From the NCBI GenBank assembly GCA_030834185.1, contig JAURFT010000004.1, positions 1-62,634 on the forward strand: a stretch of 62,634 nt of DNA. Direction: 5' to 3'. This document shows, one piece after another, positions 20,045 through 28,083 of this stretch. Source of the DNA: Candidatus Nanopelagicales bacterium (lineage in GTDB: Bacteria; Actinomycetota; Actinomycetes; S36-B12; UBA5976). The notes under the pieces were generated by a model. It saw only the letters and a list, made by a program, of their open reading frames with translations, did no database searches and was not told the origin of the DNA. The first letter of the stretch is position 1. The number at the start of each line of letters is the position of its first letter. A program made the position numbers and the translations under genes.

Positions 20045-20902
20045 ATCTAATTTGTAGAGCTTCAATGCGTTATCAGTCTCTAGCTTTCTTGCAATAGCCG
20101 GATCTAGTCCAAGCGCCGTCATCTCTGTGCGGGCAACGTCATACGGAACTACTGGGAAATCAGTACCAAACAGCACCTTGTCTTGGCCCCATGAACTCAA
20201 GTAATCAACTAGCACCTTTCCCCATTTGCTTGGGGCATGTCGGTCGGTTCCGATGTAAACATTCTTGTGCTTGTCAGCAACCGAGATCATTTCCTCAGTC
20301 CATGGCCAACCAACATGGATTCCAATAATTTTTAAGTCTGGAATGTCGCATGCCAACTTATCAATTGCTGATGGCCGATCCACACTTGGCATACGCTGCA
20401 ATGGTTCATAAATTCTCGAGTAACCAACTTGAATCTGTACTGGGATATCTAATTCAGCACACTTGGTGTAAAACGGATAGTAAATTGGATCATCTGGTGA
20501 TTTTTCATACCAATGCGGATAAAGGTGAGCACCAATAAAACCATGGTCAACAACCATACGCTCAAGTTCTTTCACACCACTAATCGAATCGTAAGGATTG
20601 ATGCCGTAAATTGCTGAGAAGTAATCTGGCTCTGCCTGTACAACCTCGAGGATCTTTTCAGGTGCAAGTGACCATGAACCAGGTAGGCCTTTTCTGCCAA
20701 GCTGTGCGGAAATTAGAAGTGCATGACCAAAGCCGTTTTCTTTGAGCATTTGGATCATTAAATCTATGGGAGTGCCATCAATTAAATATTGTGGCAACTT
20801 ATTTTTATTAGCATGAAACTTTCTTGTCCATTCAGGCCTAGACGCCACAACCTCTGGGGTGAAAAGGTTCGCCACAATATCAATTCCGCCGTTGATAGCC
20901 AA
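20033..20902 (-). CDS. Amidohydrolase_2 family protein (close paralogue of 18314..19180)
   Basis: IDIVANLFTPE..SRPEWTRKFH shared with 18314; IHVGWPWTEEMISVADKH; FGTDFP. Confidence 0.85.
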   Translation of the reverse strand: MAINGGIDIVANLFTPEVVASRPEWTRKFHANKNKLPQYLIDGTPIDLMIQMLKENGFGHALLISAQLGRKGLPGSWSLAPEKILEVVQAEPDYFSAIYGINPYDSISGVKELERMVVDHGFIGAHLYPHWYEKSPDDPIYYPFYTKCAELDIPVQIQVGYSRIYEPLQRMPSVDRPSAIDKLACDIPDLKIIGIHVGWPWTEEMISVADKHKNVYIGTDRHAPSKWGKVLVDYLSSWGQDKVLFGTDFPVVPYDVARTEMTALGLDPAIARKLETDNALKLYKLDSKV

Positions 20903-20953
20903 AATAATCCCTATCTCTTAATTTTTAGATGTTTAAGACTAACTTACTGAAAG

Positions 20954-21898
20954 CTATTGGTGCTGCTTTAGCCATACATTTGCAATATCGATTCGGCGAG
21001 CAAACCAAACCTGACCTTTTGCTTGGGCATAGTCAATAAATTCACGCAGCGCACTCATCCGAGCTGGTTGACCAATTAGTCGCGCATGTAAGCCAATTGA
21101 CATCATCTTGGGCGTGGCTTCACCTTCAAGCCATAACTCATCAAATGCCCGCTTTAGGTGATCAAGAAAGCCAGCTGGATCCGAATAGCCGGGTGACGTT
21201 GCGAATCTACCGTCATTTAATGTCAAGGAATAAGGTATGACTAAATGCTTTTTGGCATTCACCTCAGTGAAATATGGCAGGTCATCATTGTAGGAATCTG
21301 AGTCATAAACGAATCCACCCTCTTCAACCAATAACTCGCGAGTGTGCACGGATGGGCTGTATCGGCTGTACCAACCTAGCGGTCGTTGACCACAAGCTTT
21401 TTCAATTGTTTCCACCGACATGCGAATCTGTTCGCGCTCTTGTTCGCGAGTGAATTCCCACATTCGATCCCAGCGATAACCATGTCCAGCTGGTTCATGC
21501 TTTCGCTCTCGCACATAATCAGCAAACTCATTATGGCGAGCTAAAGCCATAGCTGTAGTGAATAAGGTGATTGGAATTTGATATTGATCAACAAGACGAG
21601 CAAGTCGCCAAATGCCAACTCTTGAGCCGTACTCAAAAACTGATTCGGCTGCTAAATCTCGAACCGTAGGGCCAGTCGAGGCTGGGGTTTCAAGCAATCC
21701 TTGCGGGTTCATGCCATCGCCGTTAAAGAAGGATAACTCTGATCCTTCTTCCCAGTTGAGAATAATGCTCACCGCTACTCTGGCGTTATTTGGCCAAACC
21801 GTCAGCGGTGCCTTTGCCCCGTAGCCAATCAAGTCTCGGACAGGTCCAGCATTATCTACTGGACCTGCGCCGATGTCACTGTTGCTAAGCATCGGCAT
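20954..21898 (-). CDS. puuE: PuuE-like allantoinase / polysaccharide deacetylase family protein
   Basis: RDLIGYG, WPNNARVAVS..LNWEEGSE, ESVFEYGSRVGIWR, GHGYRW, YDSDSYNDDLPY, KMMSIGLHARLIGQPAR; substrate not certain. Confidence 0.75.
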   Translation of the reverse strand: MPMLSNSDIGAGPVDNAGPVRDLIGYGAKAPLTVWPNNARVAVSIILNWEEGSELSFFNGDGMNPQGLLETPASTGPTVRDLAAESVFEYGSRVGIWRLARLVDQYQIPITLFTTAMALARHNEFADYVRERKHEPAGHGYRWDRMWEFTREQEREQIRMSVETIEKACGQRPLGWYSRYSPSVHTRELLVEEGGFVYDSDSYNDDLPYFTEVNAKKHLVIPYSLTLNDGRFATSPGYSDPAGFLDHLKRAFDELWLEGEATPKMMSIGLHARLIGQPARMSALREFIDYAQAKGQVWFARRIDIANVWLKQHQ

Positions 21899-22872
21899 TA
21901 GCCAGTGTAAACAACTTTGCCATTTTCTACCAACAAGATTCCATCAACGTGAATTGTTGGCTTCATCATCAGAAGGTCAAGGTGAATGTCAGCTTTCACC
22001 GTACCGCCTACAACTGAGTTTCCAAGCGCGAAGTGTGATGTTCCAAGAGCTTTTTTATCCTCGGTGACATTTCCAGTGAAATCTGAAGCCGGATTAGTCC
22101 CAATAGAAAGTTCACCTAAGTTGTCACCGTTGACAATTGGAGCAATTATTCGCTTAAGTTCTTCGGCTTGTGGGCCTCCGGTGATCTCAACAGCTTTTCC
22201 TTTCTCAAATCGAACAGCAATTGGCTCAAGCAATCTTCCTAGCATGTGAGCTGATCCATCAGCAACTAAAATTCCCTCGCCAGTGCCTGGCACTGGACAT
22301 TGCCAAGATTCACCGCTTGGGAAACCAGAAACCTGACCTGGTTCACGGGCAAACGAAGCCCCACAGCCTGCAGTTACACCTTCGATTGAAGCTGTGAAGT
22401 CAGAACCAGCCTCACTTGTTACTTTAATAGTTTTGCCAGAAGTCATAATGTCAGAAAGCGGCTTAGTTATTTTATAAACTTCATCGTAATCTGCGAGACT
22501 TGACCCAGTCATTAAGAGGTCAGCCTTCATGCCAGTCATGACAATGCCTCGAGCGCCATTTTCTTTGAGTGCACGCCCAAACTCTTCTGTAAATCCAAGT
22601 CCAGTTGAAGTTGGTGAAATTATTACATCAGCACCCATGAGAGCCTGTGCCATGATTTTGGTTGCTGGCGCTCCAGCCAATACACGCCTGGGCATAATGA
22701 CCACGGTTGGCTCTGCTCCAACTGCTCTTGCAGCGGATGTGAGTGCTTGCACGATTGCGAAATCTGAATCATCATCTGCTGCGATCAATACCTGTTCATT
22801 GGGCTTTACTGCCAGCGACTGCTCTACTACTGCCTTTGCAGCCTTTGCTAGCTTGATTGCAATCCAGTCCAC
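21898..22872 (-). CDS. Peptidase M29 (aminopeptidase T)-fold protein
   Basis: FPSGE, LGELSIGTNP, EDKKALGTSHFALG, HLDL...PT..VDG. Confidence 0.8.
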   Translation of the reverse strand: MDWIAIKLAKAAKAVVEQSLAVKPNEQVLIAADDDSDFAIVQALTSAARAVGAEPTVVIMPRRVLAGAPATKIMAQALMGADVIISPTSTGLGFTEEFGRALKENGARGIVMTGMKADLLMTGSSLADYDEVYKITKPLSDIMTSGKTIKVTSEAGSDFTASIEGVTAGCGASFAREPGQVSGFPSGESWQCPVPGTGEGILVADGSAHMLGRLLEPIAVRFEKGKAVEITGGPQAEELKRIIAPIVNGDNLGELSIGTNPASDFTGNVTEDKKALGTSHFALGNSVVGGTVKADIHLDLLMMKPTIHVDGILLVENGKVVYTG

Positions 22873-23036
22873 AAGACCTCTTCCTATCTAGTTAATAGTG
22901 ACAACCCTATGGCATAATCGAGGTCTAGTAAATAGTTTGCAGAAATGTTAATGATCAATGAGTTATTGGTTTTTAAACAGCTAGCCGCAAACATTCCGAA
23001 AAGTTTTTTGATGCATTACCTGAGAGGCAGCTAGTT

Positions 23037-24074
23037 ATGATCCCGGCGATAGACCTACATTCCCACTTTTGGCCGAGGGGCTTTCTTGAATCTTTAGCGA
23101 GCGGTAAGGAATGGTTTGGTTGGCAAAAGGTTTCCAAAGATGGCTTCAAGACAAGTATCAAAATTGGTGACGAAACATTATCATTCAAAGTTCCAAAGCA
23201 GGACTTAGTTGATCCTGCTGCCCGAACTCAAACAAGAATTGCCACCCAAGGCGTATCTCTAGAAGCTCCTATGGTGGTTGGATTTCTTTGGAACTACCAT
23301 CTTGGCAGATCTGATTCAGTTAAATTCTGCCGTGAGGTAAACGAAGAACTTTCAGAGGTGCAACGAGCATATCCAGAAAATTATCATGGGTTGGCAATGC
23401 TGCCAATGCAAAACAAAGATGCTGCAATCCAAGAAATAAAACATGCAGTAGATAATTTAGGGTTAACCTCATTCGCTATTGCCTCACATGTCAATGGCTC
23501 AAATCTTGATGCGAAGGACTCACTTGAAATAATTGAAGTGCTAGCAAAGGAGAATTTATCGCTATCAGTTCACCCTGAATTTTTTAATAAAATTGGAGAT
23601 CGAGATCGCTTGACCAGATATTATTTCAAAAGCTCTGTAGGCGCGCCCGCAGAATCTGGGATTGCTTTGCTTTCATTAGTTTATTCTGGAATTTTTGATA
23701 AGTACCCAGATTTTCGGGTGTCCTTTACTCACGGTGGTGGTTTTGCTCCCTATTCAATTGGTCGTAATCGTATTCGCTGGGAAGCTGAACCCACAGCAAG
23801 CAGAGCAACACTAAAGAGCCCAGAACATTATTTGCGTAACTGTTATGTTGATTGCCTAGTCCATGATGACTCGTCTTTCAAGTTTCTGCTTGATCGGATG
23901 GGGTCTGACCGAATTCTGGTTGGAACTGATTACCCATTTGATTGGGATCATCCCGGGGGTGCGGCTAATTGGATTCGAAACATGACCGATATCACCGACG
24001 ACACAAAGCGTGATTTACTCTGGAATACAGCTGCAAAATTCTTAAACACTTCCGTCCCTTATCGAGAGCTATGA
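23037..24074 (+). CDS. Amidohydrolase_2 family protein (ACMSD-like)
   Basis: DLHSH, SVHP, THGGG, YVDCLVH, GTDYPF. Confidence 0.9.
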   Translation: MIPAIDLHSHFWPRGFLESLASGKEWFGWQKVSKDGFKTSIKIGDETLSFKVPKQDLVDPAARTQTRIATQGVSLEAPMVVGFLWNYHLGRSDSVKFCREVNEELSEVQRAYPENYHGLAMLPMQNKDAAIQEIKHAVDNLGLTSFAIASHVNGSNLDAKDSLEIIEVLAKENLSLSVHPEFFNKIGDRDRLTRYYFKSSVGAPAESGIALLSLVYSGIFDKYPDFRVSFTHGGGFAPYSIGRNRIRWEAEPTASRATLKSPEHYLRNCYVDCLVHDDSSFKFLLDRMGSDRILVGTDYPFDWDHPGGAANWIRNMTDITDDTKRDLLWNTAAKFLNTSVPYREL

Positions 24075-25693
24075 ATGTGACTACTTTAAATTATCCAATA
24101 AACACCACCCCCCGAGTTTTTTTGCCAGGTTCAAGTGATGTGACAGAAATTGGAGCAGCAATAACTCAGCTCTCAAATCAAGTCCATGAGCTCTCCTTGA
24201 TTATTGATGGTCGAAAGGTCAAGGGTGGTGGCGAACAGGTAAAGGTATTTTTGCCACATCGAAAAGATCAGCAATACGCTGAAATTGCGCTACCAACTAA
24301 AGCTCAGATCAACAGCGCTCTATCGAACACGCTAAAAGTCCGAGAAGCTTGGTCGAATACCAGCATGGCTGAGCGCGTCACCATATTTAACAAAATAGCA
24401 GATCTAATCGAATTTAAATACAAAAATTATCTTGTTGCAGCAACTATGGTGGGACAATCAAAAACTGTATTTCAAGGTGAGATCGATGCTGCTGCAGGAC
24501 TAATTGACTCAATTCGATTCAATACCAAATTTGCAGCTGAAATCGAGAAAATGCAACCACCTGAGAGTGAGATCACAAATATAACTTTAGATTATCGACC
24601 ACTAGAGGGATTTGTTTATTCAATAACACCTTTTAACTTCACCACAACAAGTGCAATTCTTTCTACTGCCCCAGCATTGATGGGAAATGTGGTGATTTGG
24701 AAGCCTTCGATCACTGCCATGCTACCAGCACATATCTTGATGGACATTTATCATGAAGCGGGTTTACCAGCAGGGGTTATCAATTTAGTTCCTGGTTACG
24801 GACCTGAAGTTAGTGAAGTGCTGTTAGAGGATGAGAATCTAGCTGGTATTTATTTCACTGGATCAACGAAAGTTTTTCGGCAACTTTGGAAAGACGTTGG
24901 CGACAATTTAGCTAAGTACCGAAACTTTCCCAGACTGGTTGGCGAAACTGGAGGTAAAGGTTTTGTGGTAGCACACCCAACTGCAGATCGCGACAAATTG
25001 GTATCGGCATTGATACGAAGTGCATTCGAATATCAAGGGCAAAAATGCTCTGCTTGTTCAAGAGCTTACATAGCCCAATCGGTCTGGAACGATATCTCTG
25101 AGCAACTAATTTCCACAATTGCCAACCTAAAATTTGGCCAGATCGAAGATTTTAAAAACTTTATGGGTGCGGTAATTGATCAAGCGTCATTTAACCGCTT
25201 ACACACTGTACTAAAAGAAATTGCTGGTGATGGTGATATCAAGGTCTTAGCTGGCGGTAAGACAAGCGATGAAGTTGGTTACTTTGTCGAACCAACATTA
25301 TTACTCTCCAATAACTTAGGCCACCGAATATTTTCAGATGAATACTTTGGCCCTATCTTGGCAGTTCATGTATTCCCTGATGAACAATATGAATCAATCC
25401 TTAACGCGATTGATTCATCTTCGCCATATGCTTTAACTGGTGCGATATTTGCTACCGATGAAGCTGCAATTAGATTTTCATTAGATAAATTACGCAATGC
25501 AGCTGGAAGCATGAATGTAAATGACAAACCAACTGGAGCTGTCATGGGAAAGCATCCGTTTGGTGGATCTAGAGCATCAGGCACAAACGACAAAGCAGGA
25601 TCCTTGCAAGGCTTGCTACGTTGGACAAGTCCAAGAGTTGTTCGTACCGTAACTAACTCAACAACTGAAGTTTTGCATCCCCATCAAACTTAG
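24071..25693 (+). CDS. pruA: L-glutamate gamma-semialdehyde (P5C) dehydrogenase-like aldehyde dehydrogenase
   Basis: YRPLEGF, PFNF, FTGST, GETGGK, FEYQGQKCSACSR, NDKPTGAV, PFGGSRASGTNDKAG. Confidence 0.85.
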   Translation: MNVTTLNYPINTTPRVFLPGSSDVTEIGAAITQLSNQVHELSLIIDGRKVKGGGEQVKVFLPHRKDQQYAEIALPTKAQINSALSNTLKVREAWSNTSMAERVTIFNKIADLIEFKYKNYLVAATMVGQSKTVFQGEIDAAAGLIDSIRFNTKFAAEIEKMQPPESEITNITLDYRPLEGFVYSITPFNFTTTSAILSTAPALMGNVVIWKPSITAMLPAHILMDIYHEAGLPAGVINLVPGYGPEVSEVLLEDENLAGIYFTGSTKVFRQLWKDVGDNLAKYRNFPRLVGETGGKGFVVAHPTADRDKLVSALIRSAFEYQGQKCSACSRAYIAQSVWNDISEQLISTIANLKFGQIEDFKNFMGAVIDQASFNRLHTVLKEIAGDGDIKVLAGGKTSDEVGYFVEPTLLLSNNLGHRIFSDEYFGPILAVHVFPDEQYESILNAIDSSSPYALTGAIFATDEAAIRFSLDKLRNAAGSMNVNDKPTGAVMGKHPFGGSRASGTNDKAGSLQGLLRWTSPRVVRTVTNSTTEVLHPHQT

Positions 25694-25699
25694 GGTGGA

Positions 25700-26443
25700 T
25701 TAATGGATTGTGACGCCACCATCAATAAATATGGTCTGGCCAGTCACCATGCCCGCAGCATCGCTGAGCAGAAACAAAACTGAATCTGCCACATCCTGCT
25801 GGGTAGCCATGCGACCAAGCGGAATCGAGGATATCTTGTCTTTCATGTATACGTCATTTGTTAAAAGTGGTGCGGTCATATCACTTGGCACAATTGTTGG
25901 CCCAACTGCATTAACTCGAATGCCATCTGCTGCCCACTCAAAAGCTAACACCTTAGCCATAAACATTACGCCTGCTTTACTGACCGAATAACCAACCGTG
26001 TTATGCACAGCAGAATGGCCGCTGGTTGATCCAATATTAACAATTGCACCTTTAGTTTTTTTAAGTTCAGCATAAACAGCCTGACTCATAAAAAAAGTGC
26101 CGTTTAAATTAATATCAATTACATCGGTAAAATCTTTTTCGGCAACTTCACTCGCTTTTGCTCGGCGCACAATGCCAGCATTATTTACTAAGTAATCAAT
26201 TCGGCCATGCTCAGAAATTACACTTTGTACTAAATCCAAACATGACTGCCTGGATCTCACATCAACAAAGTGCTTACTATTTGGCGCAGCTAGCTGGTTC
26301 TCCCATGATTGCGCTGGCAACAAATCAGCAGCAGCCACAACAGCGCCTCGGGCAATTAGTGAATTGGAGATGGTTGCACCAATACCGCGAGCGGCACCGG
26401 TAACAATTGCAACTTTACCTTCAAAATCTTGACTTAGACTCAA
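25700..26443 (-). CDS. Short-chain dehydrogenase/reductase
   Basis: TGAARGIG, NNAG, YSVSK, VTGQTIFIDGG. Confidence 0.93.
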   Translation of the reverse strand: MSLSQDFEGKVAIVTGAARGIGATISNSLIARGAVVAAADLLPAQSWENQLAAPNSKHFVDVRSRQSCLDLVQSVISEHGRIDYLVNNAGIVRRAKASEVAEKDFTDVIDINLNGTFFMSQAVYAELKKTKGAIVNIGSTSGHSAVHNTVGYSVSKAGVMFMAKVLAFEWAADGIRVNAVGPTIVPSDMTAPLLTNDVYMKDKISSIPLGRMATQQDVADSVLFLLSDAAGMVTGQTIFIDGGVTIH

Positions 26444-26445
26444 TC

Positions 26446-27228
26446 TCAGGTACCAATAATATTGCTGCTATCAGCCCAAAATACATAGCGCTTTTGCAGC
26501 GCCTTGATGATGATATGCGCGAAAATTCCCATTAGCGAGAGTACAATTAAAATCGCAAACATAGTTGGAGTTTCAAAGTTGTACTGCGATACCAAAACCA
26601 TATTGCCAAGCCCCGCCTGTGATCCTAGGAACTCACCTACCACAGCACCCAATATGCTTAGCAAAATTCCAACATCTAGACCAGCAAAGAAAAACGGCAT
26701 CGCACTTGGAACTTGCACTTTTTTAAAGATCTGAAATCTCGAAGCACCAAAAACTCGCAGCATCCGAATATGGTCGCTGTCAGCTGACTTTAGACCTTCA
26801 ATGATGTTAATTAAGATTGGGAAAAATGCAATTATCGCAGCCATTACAACTTTACTAGTTTGGCCAAAACCAAACCAGATAATAAAAATTGGGGCTAGCG
26901 CAATTTTAGGAATTGCCTGGAAACCAACTAGGTATGGCAGCAAAGTTTTTTCTACAATTTTTATCTGTGAAATAAAAGTTCCAGCTATTACAGCGAAAAT
27001 AGTTGCAGCCACAAAGCCGTAAAGGGCTTCTTGAGTTGTCACCCAAACATTGGTCCAGAAAAATGAAGTTTGCGATTGATAAATTAAGGCTTCACCAATC
27101 CGTGATGGCGTAGGTAAAATTGTTTCTTTAACCTCAAGGATATTGATTAAATTCTCCCAGGCCAAAATCACAACAATAAACAAGCCAGGGACCAAAATGA
27201 ATTCAGATCGTACCTTTAGAAACTTCAT
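26446..27228 (-). CDS. NitT/TauT-family ABC permease
   Basis: QAIPKIALAPIFIIWFGFG, GAVVGEF. Confidence 0.92.
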   Translation of the reverse strand: MKFLKVRSEFILVPGLFIVVILAWENLINILEVKETILPTPSRIGEALIYQSQTSFFWTNVWVTTQEALYGFVAATIFAVIAGTFISQIKIVEKTLLPYLVGFQAIPKIALAPIFIIWFGFGQTSKVVMAAIIAFFPILINIIEGLKSADSDHIRMLRVFGASRFQIFKKVQVPSAMPFFFAGLDVGILLSILGAVVGEFLGSQAGLGNMVLVSQYNFETPTMFAILIVLSLMGIFAHIIIKALQKRYVFWADSSNIIGT

Positions 27229-27238
27229 TTATCTCCCC

Positions 27239-28051
27239 TTATTCGATCACGTTAGCAGCACTGAAATAATGACGAATTCGCTGCACATAATGTCCTGAAG
27301 CATCACTTGTCATCATCTCAAGTGTTCTTGGTCTAGGAAGCTCGATATTAATAATTTCAGCAATTCGACCAGGTCTTGGACTCATCACAATTACGCGGTC
27401 AGATAAAAACACCGCTTCGGTAATTGAGTGAGTCACCAGCGCAATGGTCTGATTACTTTCTTTCCAAATTCTAAGCAGCTCTAGATTCATGTATTCACGA
27501 GTCATCGCATCTAGCGCACCAAATGGCTCATCCATCAGCAGAACTGAAGGTGAGTGAATAAGCGCTCGGCAGATGCCAGCGCGCTGCTGCATGCCGCCGC
27601 TGAGTTCATTTGGATATTTATTTTCAAAGCCATCCAGCCCTACTAGTTTTAATAGGTCTGCTGCAATAGCTTTGTATTCTGTTTTATTTCGTTTTTGAAC
27701 TTCTATTGGAATCATTAAGTTTTCTAAAATTGTCCGCCATGGGAGCAAAGTTGGTGCTTGAAAAACCATACCAATCTCTGACAGTGGTTTAGTTACCTCA
27801 TGGCCTGAAACCGCGGCGCTGCCTTCGGTTTTTGAAATAAGGCCAGCGAGAATATTTAACAGCGTGGTTTTACCGCAGCCTGAAGGTCCGACGATGGAGA
27901 TGAACTCACCGCGGCGCACATTGAAATTTATATCTGCCAAGGCATGGGTGGAGTCACCCGTTCGCGTGCGATAGACCTTGTGTAGCCCTTTTACGCTAAT
28001 CCAGGACGCCTCGTTAGAGGCGTCCTGGATGGCGTTGTTCTGTTGGGTCAT
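27239..28051 (-). CDS. NitT/TauT-family ABC ATP-binding protein
   Basis: GPSGCGKT, LLPWRT, LSGGMQQR, LMDEPFGALDAMTR. Confidence 0.93.
   Translation of the reverse strand: MTQQNNAIQDASNEASWISVKGLHKVYRTRTGDSTHALADINFNVRRGEFISIVGPSGCGKTTLLNILAGLISKTEGSAAVSGHEVTKPLSEIGMVFQAPTLLPWRTILENLMIPIEVQKRNKTEYKAIAADLLKLVGLDGFENKYPNELSGGMQQRAGICRALIHSPSVLLMDEPFGALDAMTREYMNLELLRIWKESNQTIALVTHSITEAVFLSDRVIVMSPRPGRIAEIINIELPRPRTLEMMTSDASGHYVQRIRHYFSAANVIE
27999..28030 (-). repeat. Perfect 14-bp inverted repeat inside the 5' end of the ABC ATPase gene
   Basis: ATCCAGGACGCCTC-gtta-GAGGCGTCCTGGAT. Confidence 0.9.
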
Positions 28052-28083
28052 ATTTAATTTTCCCTACAAGATTTCAACAATTG

